Notes: a model not told the origin generated them from the sequence alone. A stretch of 64,000 bases of DNA from Chiloscyllium plagiosum (GCF_004010195.1 NC_057719.1:62258796-62322795), one strand, 5' to 3'. Shown: positions 24,227 through 37,004, counted from the stretch's first letter. Made by a program: numbers and translations.

Positions 24227-26201
24227 CTCGAAGGGATGCATCATGATCAGAAATGCTTGAAAGCACATGTACTTCCATTGATGTTTGACTACTGTTTTCT
24301 CATTCTTGCACATACATTTAACAGTGAGAGAGCTGCTCATCCAAACCTGTTCCTTGCAACTCTCAGGGCAAGTCCTAACTATTGAAGAGGTGATAAAGGG
24401 TTTGAGATTGTTTTGGGCAACTTCAGTGCTTCAAAGGTAATTGCAGCAAAGTTGGTCGCCCTTGTTTGTCACTGCTAAGCAGTGACTGGAACAGTTAACG
24501 CATTGTATCCTCACTGAACCAGTAGCTCCTGATTTCTAATACTGTAAGTGAAGAGGTTTTGGTGTTTATTCGTTTTTGGAGGACACAACCCAGTTTGTCC
24601 TGATGTAAGAGTTATAGTGAAAGAAGGTGAGTTGCAAACAGAATGAGAAATGAGACTGACCTTTGCAGGAGGATTGGCTTCATGTTTATGATGTTGATTT
24701 TCTATACTAGCCAACGTGCTGTTGAAGTGCTTGCAATCAATAAAGCAGTGAAACTGTCAGTATGTGTTCATGACAGAAATTGCAGGAGAAGATGTTGGGG
24801 TATGCTGGAAGGTTTGCACTGACCTGCTCAACTTTGCTAAAACTTCAGCAGACCTGATGTTTGTTTTTGACTTATGCTAAATACAGAGGCAAGGTGAGGT
24901 TCCATTGATTCCTCTGCTGTGTCAGAAAATGAGAGCAACAAACATTTTGCTTTCTAATTTTAGCCTGTTGGTTTGATGGCTGGAAAATGTATTTGAACCA
25001 GAACAAAGAGCAGTCAATCCCTGGTTCCAAAATATACCATCCATTAAGTTCCATCAGGTTAGCAGGACAACTTAAGAGTTATCTTGTCTCTAGATAAATA
25101 GCACCAGATGCACCATGCTTACAATTCCACTATTCCTATACATTTTTACAAAGTGTGCAACCACCAATATCTGTTTTTAATGGTTGCCAGGAAATAGCTT
25201 GAAATTTAGCTGCTGAAGGGATGATTTCAAGTCAAGTTTGTATTTTATAACTGCCTGCATTCTAGGAAGCCTCTGAGCAGATTGTCTTTTGTTAGATCAA
25301 TGATCTTCCATGTGTCTCACCTTCCAATGAGTCATAATCTTCAGCTCCAATGTTCTGTTGCATGATTGAGGAGTTGGGCCCCTCAAAACTTGGAAATAGT
25401 TCGATTCACTGAGTGAATAGAAACTGCTTAGTTGCCCTTGAATACTTCTGATGTATTGCTGAAAGAAATGGAAATATTGATTGAGGTGTAAATGAATATT
25501 CATCTGGATTCCACACTATTTCTCTTTTTGCATTCTCTTGAATGCAAGTACAATTTCTTTTTTAAAAACCTTTTTGTCATGGAAGACTTGATCTGTCATT
25601 TCAGCTGTGTGAAACTGTCCACATAATTCAGTAACATTTTTATGATTAAAAGATCTGTTTAAATACAAGTTAGATCATTATGCTGCGCATTAGGCAAGCA
25701 AAGATTTAATGCACCAATTCGTGAAGCTAGTATGATTTAACTTGATGGAAAGGAAAGAATGGAATTTAAGGTGAAGTTGGGAGTGATAAAGATTTCAGTC
25801 TTTAGTCTGTACTGAAGCAGTTTGTGTCCACATGCATCAAGATCTGGATATCATTAAGACTTTGCCTGATGGGTAGCAAATAACATTTGTCTCACAAGTG
25901 CCAGGCAATAACTATCCCCATCCAACCACCATCCCATGTTATTTAATAGAATTACCATTGCTGAATCCTCCACTGTAAACATAATGCAGATTATCTTTGA
26001 CCAAAAACTGACCATGCAAATGTTGTAGCTCAAGACAATGTCGGAGATTTGGAATTCAGTAATTCATATCCTGCCTACTGTCACAGTCAGGAGTAAGATG
26101 GAATACTCTCTGATCGTTTGAATCAGTCCAGCTTCAAAAACACATGAGTATCTTAACATCCAACAAGACGAAGCAGCTTGCTTGATTGCCACCATACCAC
26201 A

Positions 26202-27770
26202 TTCAACGTTCACTCCCTCCATCCCCAAAATTCAACATTTCACTCCCTCCATCCCCAAAATTCAACATTTCACTATCTCCACTCTCAATGTTTAACGTTC
26301 ACTCCCTCCGTCCCCAATATTCAACGTTTACTCCCTCCGTCCCCAATGTTCAACGTTCACTCCCTCCATCCCCAATGTTCAACGTTCACTCCCTCCGTCC
26401 CCAATATTTAACGTTCACTCCCTCCACCCCCAATGTTCAACGTTCACTCCCTCCGTCCCCAATATTTAACGTTCACTCCCTCCACCCCCAATGTTCAACG
26501 TTCACTCCCTCCGTCCCCAATATTCAACGTTTACTCCCTCCGTCCCCAATGTTCAACGTTCACTCCCTCCGTCCCCANNNNNNNNNNNNNNNNNNNNNNN
26601 NNNNNNNNNNNNNNNNNNNNNNNNNNNNNNNNNNNNNNNNNNNNNNNNNNNNNNNNNNNNNNNNNNNNNNNNNNNNNNNNNNNNNNNNNNNNNNNNNNNN
26701 NNNNNNNNNNNNNNNNNNNNNNNNNNNNNNNNNNNNNNNNNNNNNNNNNNNNNNNNNNNNNNNNNNNNNNNNNNNNNNNNNNNNNNNNNNNNNNNNNNNN
26801 NNNNNNNNNNNNNNNNNNNNNNNNNNNNNNNNNNNNNNNNNNNNNNNNNNNNNNNNNNNNNNNNNNNNNNNNNNNNNNNNNNNNNNNNNNNNNNNNNNNN
26901 NNNNNNNNNNNNNNNNNNNNNNNNNNNNNNNNNNNNNNNNNNNNNNNNNNNNNNNNNNNNNNNNNNNNNNNNNNNNNNNNNNNNNNNNNNNNNNNNNNNN
27001 NNNNNNNNNNNNNNNNNNNNNNNNNNNNNNNNNNNNNNNNNNNNNNNNNNNNNNNNNNNNNNNNNNNNNNNNNNNNNNNNNNNNNNNNNNNNNNNNNNNN
27101 NNNNNNNNNNNNNNNNNNNNNNNNNNNNNNNNNNNNNNNNNNNNNNNNNNNNNNNNNNNNNNNNNNNNNNNNNNNNNNNNNNNNNNNNNNNNNNNNNNNN
27201 NNNNNNNNNNNNNNNNNNNNNNNNNNNNNNNNNNNNNNNNNNNNNNNNNNNNNNNNNNNNNNNNNNNNNNNNNNNNNNNNNNNNNNNNNNNNNNNNNNNN
27301 NNNNNNNNNNNNNNNNNNNNNNNNNNNNNNNNNNNNNNNNNNNNNNNNNNNNNNNNNNNNNNNNNNNNNNNNNNNNNNNNNNNNNNNNNNNNNNNNNNNN
27401 NNNNNNNNNNNNNNNNNNNNNNNNNNNNNNNNNNNNNNNNNNNNNNNNNNNNNNNNNNNNNNNNNNNNNNNNNNNNNNNNNNNNNNNNNNNNNNNNNNNN
27501 NNNNNNNNNNNNNNNNNNNNNNNTTCAACGTTCCTCCCTCCGCCTACAGTATTAAAAGTTTACTCCCTCCATCCCTAGTATTCAACGTTCACTCCCTCCG
27601 CCCCCAATGTTCAATGTTTACTCCCTCCGCCCCAGTGTTCAACGTTTACTCCCTCCGCCCCCAATATTCAACGTTTACTCCCTCCGTCTCCAATATTCAA
27701 TGTTTACTCCCTCCACCTCCAATATATAGCATTCACTCTTTCTGCCTCCAATATTCAACATTTACTCCTG
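26202..27770. repeat. 29-bp minisatellite (ttcaacgttcactccctccgtccccaat[a/g]) spanning an assembly gap
   Basis: About 13 units visible left of the gap and about 8 more diverged units right of it. Confidence 0.95.
26578..27523. other. Assembly gap (N run)
   Basis: Run of N. Confidence 1.
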
Positions 27771-27971
27771 CCACCATGAATGCTCAGTAGTAGTAATTGT
27801 GTCCCTTTTGCAGGATGCAGTACAGCAATTCACCAAGGAACCTTAGATGAGACCTTGTAAACTTGTAGTCTTGAGTCTCCCCCCCCCGTCACTTTGTAAC
27901 TCGTGAACGTCCTTTCATAGCTGAGCCAGTTTGATTTGTAACAACTGATCCTTCCAATATATCTGGAACTG

Positions 27972-28585
27972 TGTTACGATGCTGTGGCTTTGAAAGGTTG
28001 TATTGTCTTTTTTTTGTTTTGATGAGAGGTTGTAAGGTTCCAGCAGTCTGGGTTAATGTAAACCGCTTTTGGAGGCCTTTTGCTTTGTTTAACAGCCTGA
28101 ATGGGTGTGGCCAACTCTCACAGATCCAGGTTTCTTGGGTTTTTTTCCAATAGTATGAGAAGTTTTTGGGGTCTCTCAGAATTGGAAGCGTCACTGAATG
28201 TCTCCTGGCTGCTTCTCTCTCTGAATTTTCCCTTGAGGTTTTACTCCCTCCTGATGGGAGCACTCTGTGAGAACTTTCCGACTGCCCCTCTTTGCAAAGG
28301 GGTGTGTTCTTGGGATGTTATGATATTGGAACAGTTCATTCGTAATAGGTACTGTATCTGTTATGAGGTTAAGTTTCCCAGCAGAGTTAAATTATTCTAA
28401 ATTCCTCTTTGGTTATATTTTAACTACAGTGTTTTAAATAAATTTTGGTTTAACATACAATAGTTTGACCAATTGCACTGCATCTGAAACACGGCACTTC
28501 GCATTTGCCTTTAAAAAGAAGAAAATGTTAAGGTCTAGGCTACCTTCTAAAACTAGGTTGAGGGCATTTGGTCTGGTCCATAACC
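27972..28585 (+). mobile_element. Solo LTR (probably Gypsy-type), ~614 bp
   Basis: Starts TGTTACGA, ends CCATAAC(C); contains aataaa; homologous end-to-end to 44774-45391 in reverse. No clean TSD. Confidence 0.7.
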
Positions 28586-31319
28586 GACTATTAAGACTGG
28601 TCAGCAATGCTTTATCTGGTGCCCACTCAAGCTATACCCTCTGGCATTGGCTAGCAACCCTGAATACAAAAAAAACAGCTTCAGAAAGCATGCCTCGTCT
28701 GGTTCATGTTACTCGAAGCGACGCATGCTCTAAGTCTTTGTCTCTTCAGCCCTTCAAAAGATGTTGATAAGCCTCTGGGCTGTCCCATTTCTATCCCTTT
28801 CTATTTGTGTGAAAGTTGCTTTGTGCAGCTTCTATCTGAGAAATCTGGATGAATGATTAAGAGAGAGGAGAAAATACCACCGACATTGAAAGGGAAAACA
28901 AACTAAATCTTGTGGGCAAGGTGGAGGATGTGCTGACAACACAAAGAAAGATAGTGCCTATATTAATACTTAAGGTAAACCTTGCCAAAGTGCTTTCCAG
29001 ATGCATCATGTTATTAAATTAAATTTGACATCGTAGCATGCAGTAGGTCGTGTAACCAAAGGTGTGGTCAATGAAGTAGGCTTTCAGGAAGACCGATTTA
29101 AAAAGATGTTATCGAGTTTTAGGCCTTTGACACCTGAAGGCATGACTATCAATGAAGGAGTTAAAAAGGTCAGACTTCCATTTCTCCCCATCACTCTCAT
29201 TCTGTACAACTCTACTTTTCTCTCATCTGGTCTTTTCCCCTCACTATTTTGTATGATGTTTTCTGCTGTTATCCAACTTATGCTGTGGAATTTATTTCCA
29301 AAGCGTTCTAATTCCTTGTACTTCTGGAAGACCCTTTCTAAAGTGAACCTCTGTGACCAAGCATTTAGGCAACATTCCCTGTTTCCCTCAACAGCTGCAG
29401 TACCTTCATCTTGATCCCCATTTCAGTCTGTTTCTTGCAGAAGTGCCTTGAGGAATCCTCCTTTGTTGAAGATCATTGAACTGAATTGTTAAAGTTGTTG
29501 CACAAATAGGGGGAAAAAGAATTACTACTGATTGTTGAAGCATTGTAAATGAGTTGAGGTTTACATGGTTTTTAAATTGTCAAAATCAATACACATTTCT
29601 GTTTTATTGAAGTAAATTATTCTTGACCTTCCATTTTTTAGTGCAAACTTTCTCTGTCCTCTTCCATCTTCTTGTGGGTTTGGTTCTATGGGATCAGGTC
29701 AAAGTTACTTGTATTTACTTTGTCCAAGTGGCCATTATTCATTGCCCAGTTCTAAACGAGAGTGGAACTCTGCCTGATGCAAAGCTTTGGGAGATTGAAC
29801 CCAGTAAATCTCCTCCTTGGCCAGCCTTCTCCGAATGTTCTTCCCACAGTAAAGGTCATGAGATAGAAATCAAGTAGGGACAACTTTCAAGATTTTCCAG
29901 TCTTGATCTGACTGTATTTATGTCAAATGTTTGAATCCTATGACTCCTATCACCTAACTCAGAATATACCTGGGGTGTTGAAAGTCATAAAATGCAGACT
30001 GTGCTACATTACAAACTCAATTGAATTGCTCTGTGACAACACAGTGCGGATTGAAAAACATGTAATGCTGCCGAAGTAGTATGGTTACAGATATTGTACT
30101 TTTCTGTTTCCTTCCATTGGACAAAGCGTACAATATGTAGGCATTATATCTGGTATTCACAAAGCCTGGAGCAGCCTTGTTGATTTTTGCTGTTTTTCTC
30201 ATTATTTGAGCTAATTTTAACTTGGCCTTAATGTTGTCTTGTGTCTGAACAGGGAAAGAATTAGAGTGCAAAAGTTATTATGCTTGATCTAGCATTTTGT
30301 AGCAACAGCAGGGCATCTTTCTTGTAGAATCCTCTTGACTTCTCAAGCGGTTGAATTACCTGGCACCGCTCCATAGCCTTATTGACCTTACTAATAGAAT
30401 GGAAAAAGCTCTGCAAAATCTGCATAGTTCGCAATGTTCATTATATTAGTTATCTGTTCTAACTTAACAAGAGCTACGATGTATTCACCAGATGTTGCGC
30501 AAGTAACAGGGCAGTGAGTTTCACTTCACAGATGTTTCTAATATTACAGGATGCTGTTGAGAACGTGGAGCTTGGAAAGCATCCATGGCTGTAAATTTGC
30601 AGTCTCAAGTTAGAAGGCAAGAGCAGCTGCCCAAATAAATACAAAATGTAGCAGAAACATAGGTATGGGGCACAGGTGGCTGTACACGTCACAAAGATAT
30701 TGTCCACAACTGGGAATATGTGGCAAAGCTTTCACACTTGTGTTCACCTTTGCTAAATTAAACTGGAAGAATGTGTTTACTTCCAACTGCATGGCTTTGA
30801 GATTACTGGAATTAACCTCATTGGTAATATTTCTGAGTTTGCACTGTGCCTAGCTATTATATTGTAATAGCTAGCATTTTCGAAGCTGCGCTAACATATC
30901 CACTTAAACAACTCGGTCCTAATATCAGTTAACAATGAAATGAGGTTGAGTAATGCTTATAATATGACTAAAATGCACTCGATATGTTACATTGAAGAAT
31001 AGGTGGAGGCCTGTCCATTAAACCGCAGTGCATTACTGTTTAACCTATTTGTACAGCTGTGAAAGAAATTGCATCCATTTAACCCTGTAACCAGCCAATT
31101 ATAATGTTGACCTGCAAATTGAACAGTGCAAAGTCTGTGCTGGATTTAATACAAGCTGGATCTAACACTTATTATGTAAAAATACTCCTGGTTATAAAGT
31201 AAAGATGTACTGAAGAGATGAGCTTCAAATATCTCTTGGAACAAGGCAGATGTTTGTTTTTCAATTTTTGCCTTTTCGGTCTTGAGGCACATGATTATTT
31301 GGTTGTATCCCAGCAGCTT

Positions 31320-31700
31320 TTTGCATGTATGCAGCACCGTTTAATATAGAAATATGGCCCAAGCTGCTTTATCAGGACAGTTACTGAAGTGATAGTGAGG
31401 CAGTGACCACAACAAAGTCGGTTTGAGGGAGCATCTTTAAAGGAGGGGAGAGAGATTTCGGCAGGGAATTCCAGAGCCCACGACCTGGGCAGCCCAAAAC
31501 CTGGGCATCGGCAACGGAGCAATTAAAATCTGAGATGCTGAAGGCCAGAGTTAGAAGGGTACAGAGATTTTGGAAGTTTCAGGACTGGTGGAGGATCCAG
31601 GGTTTGGCAGGTATGAATGTTGACAGCGCTTTTGTGTTGAAACTGAGACAGTAAGTGTTGATGGTTTATTAGCAAGCAAAGGACATCATAGCTGAGTTTG
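31320..31700 (-). mobile_element. Decayed L2-like LINE 3' fragment
   Basis: gggagcatctttaaaggaggggagagagattt...gggaattccagagc...aggccagagttaga, the reverse of the 42500-42700 type. Confidence 0.55.
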
Positions 31701-32070
31701 TTCCCTATTCTTGCTCTCCCTTAATGTTCACACGATTGTATTTTCTATTATGAGTAATTGATTTTCTGGTCCATAACTCATTGAGTGGCCATTTGCAGTT
31801 TGCAATGGCTCTATTGTTAATTGGACTGAGATATGGTGACAGAATAGAGATCACTGAAGTGACATGAAACTTTCCAGGCCTCTTTCAGTATTTCTGACCT
31901 GCAACACCATTTGGAAGTTACTGAGTCTCAAATTACTGCTTCTGTAACATTGTAACCTACCATTTTTATTCATTTTGACTAGAGTTGGTCAAGAGGTGTG
32001 AAAACAATAAGTATGTTTTTCAAAACAATTTATGGCACTATGACTTCTGCATGATGATATTGGCAATAAA

Positions 32071-32290
32071 TTAGATTACTTAGTGTGGAAACAGGCCCTT
32101 CGGCCCAACAAGTCCACACTGCCCCGCCGAAGCGCAACCCACCCATACCCTTACGTTTACCCCTTACCTAACACTAAGGGCAATTTAGCATGGCCAATTC
32201 ACCTGACCTGCACATCTTTGGACTGACCGGAGCACCCGGAGGAAACCCACGCAGACACGGGGAGAACATGCAAACTCCACACAGTTAGTC
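32071..32290 (-). mobile_element. HE1-type SINE, 5'-truncated
   Basis: Reverse complement of the HE1 body and tail (gtgtggaaacaggcccttcggcccaac...gagcacccggaggaaacccacgcagacacggggagaacatgcaaactccacaca). Confidence 0.9.
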
Positions 32291-32722
32291 TTATGGCCAC
32301 CATTTTTCATTGACTGAATTGAGTTTTAGCCCTAAGAATCCCCAAATCATGCCCTCTAACCAACCAGTGTGTTTTGTTGTTGGCCACCATTCCTGGTGTT
32401 GGCCATGTTGACTGAGGTGGTCTTGGGATCTTGCTCTCCTTGAGGCAGATGGCCTCCTTTAGAACTTGGTAAAAGGTGTTGAAAGAATTAATATTATAGT
32501 TGGCCTCTTGTTTTGTGACATCATTGGTGCAGAGTCTAGTGAGTGGTTGCAGTTGAAACCCATGCAGACAGGCACCCGGTAATGGGCCAAGAGATCGGAA
32601 TAGAAGGCAGGTTATTACAGGTCTACCTACACTGCGAGAGTGCAGCCAAAGAGTGACCAGTAGATGGATTCCAAGCACCACCACACTTTGCACGAATGCT
32701 GTCCTGGCTGGTTTATCTATTT

Positions 32723-33032
32723 GAGCGGCACAGTGGTTAGCACTGCTGCCTCACAGCACCAGAGACCTGGGTTCAATTCCCACCTTAGGCAACTGTCTGT
32801 GTGGAGTTTTCACATTCTCCCCATGTCTGCATGGGTTTCCTCCGGGTGCTCCCGTTTCCTCCCACAGTCCAAAGATGTGCAGGTTGGCCATGCTAAATTG
32901 CCCATAGTGTCAGGTGAAGGGGTAAATGTAGGGGAATGGGTTTGGATGGGTTGCTCTTTGGAGGGTCAGTGTGGACTTGTTGGGCCGAAGGGCCTGTTTC
33001 CACACTGTAAATAATCTAATCATCTAATCTAA
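32723..33032 (+). mobile_element. HE1-type SINE
   Basis: ggcacagtggttagcactgctgcctcacag, B box ggttcaattcc, V domain, tail ending (aatct)n. Confidence 0.9.
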
Positions 33033-33099
33033 AATTGAGTTTCGATCAATATTATTTAGAAGACCTTCTACATTCTGAGCTGTCTGTAGCTGTATGGCC

Positions 33100-33260
33100 T
33101 TTGATTGTAACAGATGGAGATAAGTTCTGAATTGCTAAGCGAATCAAAGGTTATGGGGAAAAGCGGGAAATTGGGGTTGAAAAATCTGTCAGCCATGATT
33201 GAATGGCGGAGCAAACTCAATGGGCTCAGTGGCCTCATTTCTGCTCCTACATCTTATGGA
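33100..33260 (+). mobile_element. CR1 3' UTR fragment
   Basis: aatcaaaggttatggggaaaagcggga...tcagccatgattgaatggcggagcaaactcaatgggc...ctgctcctacatcttatgg. Confidence 0.8.
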
Positions 33261-35152
33261 CTTCCAGAGCCCATCTGTCAACTTCTTAATGGCAAAGGGA
33301 ACCTGCATCCATGCCAGTTAAGGGGCTGCCTCAGTAAAAAGTGCTGGTCAGAAGCTTTTGCCATCTGGGGCAATATTTGGGATTGAGAAGTGGTCTTAAC
33401 CGCCTGCTTCTCCAGCCTTTCGAAAGGACAACTTCGAACGTGGGCCGTGAGGTCATGAGCCAGATAGAAATTGATGAGAGTATACTGGTACTTGTATGGA
33501 CGGGAGATGCAAGGAAGCATTGTGCAGGTGAGCAGGTCTCTTCATGTTTACACATGGTATTACTTACTGCCTGGGGGACCCTGGCAGCCTTGAAAAATGA
33601 GAGAAAAAAAATGAGGTTTATAATGGATGCCCACGATTGATTCTAAAATCCATTAAAATTCAGCATTGCTTCTCTTAAACAAAGAAGTTAATCAAGGCTC
33701 TTTAAAAATCTGCATAAATTGCAAATGAGGTTTCTCAGGCATTCAGGTTATTTCAAGTCAGAAGAACTAAAAGCAGAAGACCACAGCCAGTTGTGTAGTC
33801 TTGTTTATTTTTATCAAGTTGAATGAACATAAGGAAAGTCATTCCAGGAGTTTCTTCATATTAGATGAGAAATTATTTGTCCCCACCAGTATTCATATTT
33901 TGAGGTTCTGGTGATGGGGCTTTATAAAGATTGGAAATGAAGGAAGGAAAAACACATTCACTAAGAGTTCAACGGTTCATTTTAAAATTGGTCTGTAATG
34001 TTTAGGAAATTTTCCATGGAACTTCAGGAATTTGATACAACTATATTGATACATTGTGATTGGATAGAGTAACATATGTGAAACAAGTGTAAGTGATTTG
34101 GATTTGTATGCTTTATGGGATCAAAATTATTTTCCTTGCTTGGAATTTACCACATAGGCAAAAAAATCCCAAGTCTTTCTTATTAACCAGAGTAATTGTG
34201 CCGTTGCCCAGGAATGTGAAGGCAGGGTATGTGTGTAAAAATAAATTAAGCTGAACATTAATTATGTTGTCAAATATACCTAAGTGCAGGGCATTATTAC
34301 TTAATGACTCAGAGTACATATAAAGAGAGCCTGTGGGACACTGGTAGATAGGAGATTTAGATATGCAGTGCTGTATTCTGCAAATCAACTAATTATCAAC
34401 TCGGGTTTGTGTATAACTTCATTTATCATTATCACTCTTGAATCTTCTTAACAGTGAAGTTGAATATGTTATTTTGACTGTTTACAGACTCCCGCAAGTA
34501 TAAATAGGTAACCAAAAAATGTCTGTCCAGCTGGACGTTTTCAGGGTGGTTAAAATATTTATTATTTTAGAAGTTCAGAACCAAATGACAGAATGTTGAG
34601 GTACATGTTGAGGATTTGACAACAAAGGGTATGAACTGATTAATATTTATATGCTGTGATGTATTACTTTGGGCCAGATATTTTGGAAAGTGGCACATTC
34701 TCATTACTCCAGTTTTTAATACAAGTGAAAATATGTTTCTGTAGAGAATAAAAGAGACTCGGTAGCAGCTTGTTGTTTTAAAGACTCATAAAGATGAGAT
34801 TTATCTTTAAGTAGACATGGATTTGATCATGTTAAACAAAGCAGCTGTAGATATCTTTAATTACAAGATAATATGAATGGGATTTACTTTTGGAAGCAGG
34901 AGTTTAAAAAAAAGCAAGCCAGCGGCAGATAAGAATGACATCACGTTTCTGCTGATGAAGAGGTCTTTTATTGACAGTTTGTCTTTTGCATAACTTTTTC
35001 AGGAGCACTGTGAGACCCCAAAAAAGAATTTTCTTTTAATATTTGGGGGAGCTGATGGTTTAGCAGTGTCATTTGCAGGGCCACTAAGCTACTGCTGATG
35101 TGAATACAAACAGGTCTTCACATCTCTTGGGTGGACAACCTCTCCACTTCTG

Positions 35153-35721
35153 GAGTCATAGAGATATACAGCACAGAAACAAACCCTTTGGTCCAACCTG
35201 TCCATGCCGACCAAGCATCCCATCCCAATCTAGTCCCACTTGCCAGCACCTGGCCGATATCCCTACGAATCCTTCCTGTTCATGTACCCATCCAGATGCC
35301 TTTTAAATGTTACAATTGTACCAGCCTTCACCACTTCCTCTGGCAGCCCATTCCACACATGCACCACCCTCTGTGTGAAAAGGTTGCCCCTTAGGTCTCT
35401 TTTATATCTTTCCCCTCTCACCCTAAACCCATGCCCTCTAGTTCTGGTCTCTCCCACTCCAGGGAAGATATTTTGTCTATCTACCCTATCCATGCCCCTC
35501 ATTACTTTATAAACTTCTATAAGGTCACCTCTCAGCCTCCGACGCTCCAGGGAAAACAACCCTGGCGACATCCTTGTAAATCTTTTCTGAATCCTTTCAA
35601 ATTTGCTTCCAAGAGGAAGGAGACCAGATTTGCACACAAAATTACAACAGTGGCCTAGCCAATGTCCTGTACAGCCGCAACATGACCTCCCAACTCCTGT
35701 ACTCAATACTCTGACCAATAA
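35153..35721 (-). mobile_element. HER1/CR1 LINE 3' end
   Basis: ORF 35263-35718: LFSLERRRLRGDLIEVYKVMRGMDRV...TRGHGFRVRG...FTQRVVHVWNGLPEEVV. Confidence 0.93.
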
Positions 35722-36112
35722 ACACAGAGGAGGAGGAGCGTCTTATCTTCCGACTGGGAACCCTCCAACCACAGGGGATGAACTTGGACTTCACCAGTTT
35801 CTTCATCCCCCCTCCCCCCACCTTGTCTCAGCCAAATCCCTCCAGCCCGGCACCACCTTCCTGACCTGCAGTCTTCTTCTTGACCTCTCCGCCTCCATCC
35901 TACTCCGACCTATCACCCTCACCTTGACCTCTTTCCACCTATCACATTTCCAACGCCCCTCCTCCAAGTCCCTCCTCCCTACCTTTTATCTTCTCCTGCT
36001 GAACACTCTCTGCTCATTCCTGAAGAAGGGCATGTGCCCGAAACGTCGAATCTTCTGTTCCCTAGATGCTGCCTGACCTGCTGTGCAGTTCCAGCAATAA
36101 AGTTTCAACTTT
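35722..36112 (+). mobile_element. Penelope-like element 3' fragment (GIY-YIG C-terminus plus terminal repeat)
   Basis: From 35727 translates EEEERLIFRLGTLQPQGMNLDFTSF; then a C-rich tract, a hammerhead motif and aataaa. Confidence 0.85.
36016..36051 (+). ncRNA. Minimal type-I hammerhead ribozyme motif (Penelope-associated)
   Basis: AUUC-CUGAAGA-A-GGGC(AUGU)GCCC-GAAA-CG-UC^GAAU: stem I AUUC/GAAU, both core boxes intact, stem II 4 bp, stem III reduced to palindromic ACGU. Confidence 0.7.
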
Positions 36113-36124
36113 GATATGCAGCAA

Positions 36125-36396
36125 GACCTAACTTGGAGATGTTGGTAGTGGACTGTGGTGGACAAAGATAAAAATCACACAACACCAGGTTATAGTCCAA
36201 CAGGTTTATTTGGAAACACTAGCTTTCAAGGCACTGCTTCTTCATTAGGTGGTTGTGGAGAATAAGGTCATAAAACAGCATTTATATCCAAATGAGTACA
36301 GTGTCATGGAGATGTGATGATACATTAAACAATTTAAGATAAATTTAGGATGGGATGTGTTGGTTTCTGTTCTTTGGTATGTAAATCCCAGAACTT
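36125..36396 (-). mobile_element. Second Penelope-like family, 3' end, with degenerate hammerhead at 36217-36251
   Basis: Minus strand reads cac-ctaatga-a-gaagcagtgcctt-gaaa-gc-ta-gtg, then aataaacctgttggactataacctggtg. Confidence 0.65.
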
Positions 36397-37004
36397 NNNN
36401 NNNNNNNNNNNNNNNNNNNNNNNNNNNNNNNNNNNNNNNNNNNNNNNNNNNNNNNNNNNNNNNNNNNNNNNNNNNNNNNNNNNNNNNNNNNNNNNNNNNN
36501 NNNNNNNNNNNNNNNNNNNNNNNNNNNNNNNNNNNNNNNNNNNNNNNNNNNNNNNNNNNNNNNNNNNNNNNNNNNNNNNNNNNNNNNNNNNNNNNNNNNN
36601 NNNNNNNNNNNNNNNNNNNNNNNNNNNNNNNNNNNNNNNNNNNNNNNNNNNNNNNNNNNNNNNNNNNNNNNNNNNNNNNNNNNNNNNNNNNNNNNNNNNN
36701 NNNNNNNNNNNNNNNNNNNNNNNNNNNNNNNNNNNNNNNNNNNNNNNNNNNNNNNNNNNNNNNNNNNNNNNNNNNNNNNNNNNNNNNNNNNNNNNNNNNN
36801 NNNNNNNNNNNNNNNNNNNNNNNNNNNNNNNNNNNNNNNNNNNNNNNNNNNNNNNNNNNNNNNNNNNNNNNNNNNNNNNNNNNNNNNNNNNNNNNNNNNN
36901 NNNNNNNNNNNNNNNNNNNNNNNNNNNNNNNNNNNNNNNNNNNNNNNNNNNNNNNNNNNNNNNNNNNNNNNNNNNNNNNNNNNNNNNNNNNNNNNNNNNN
37001 NNNN
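36397..37004. other. Assembly gap (N run)
   Basis: Run of N. Confidence 1.

Larger units (their letters stand above)
25810..27870 (+). mobile_element. Old CR1/L2-like LINE RT C-terminal fragment hosting a minisatellite
   Basis: 25810-26200 is homologous to the minus-strand copy at 50340-50620 (cacaagtgccaggcaa, tgaccaaaaactga). LINE-like sequence resumes after the array (caggatgcagtacagcaattcaccaagg). Confidence 0.7.

Noticed and set aside
24057..24385. Cys/Val- and His/Thr-rich ORFs
   Set aside because: Translations of the (CA)n microsatellite.
26202..27770. CRISPR-like array (29-bp repeat)
   Set aside because: Units are contiguous with no unique spacers, there are no cas genes, and the context is vertebrate.
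26186..27790. 534-aa and other long ORFs with Pro/Ser-rich repeats
   Set aside because: They are translations of the 29-bp minisatellite read through an N gap.
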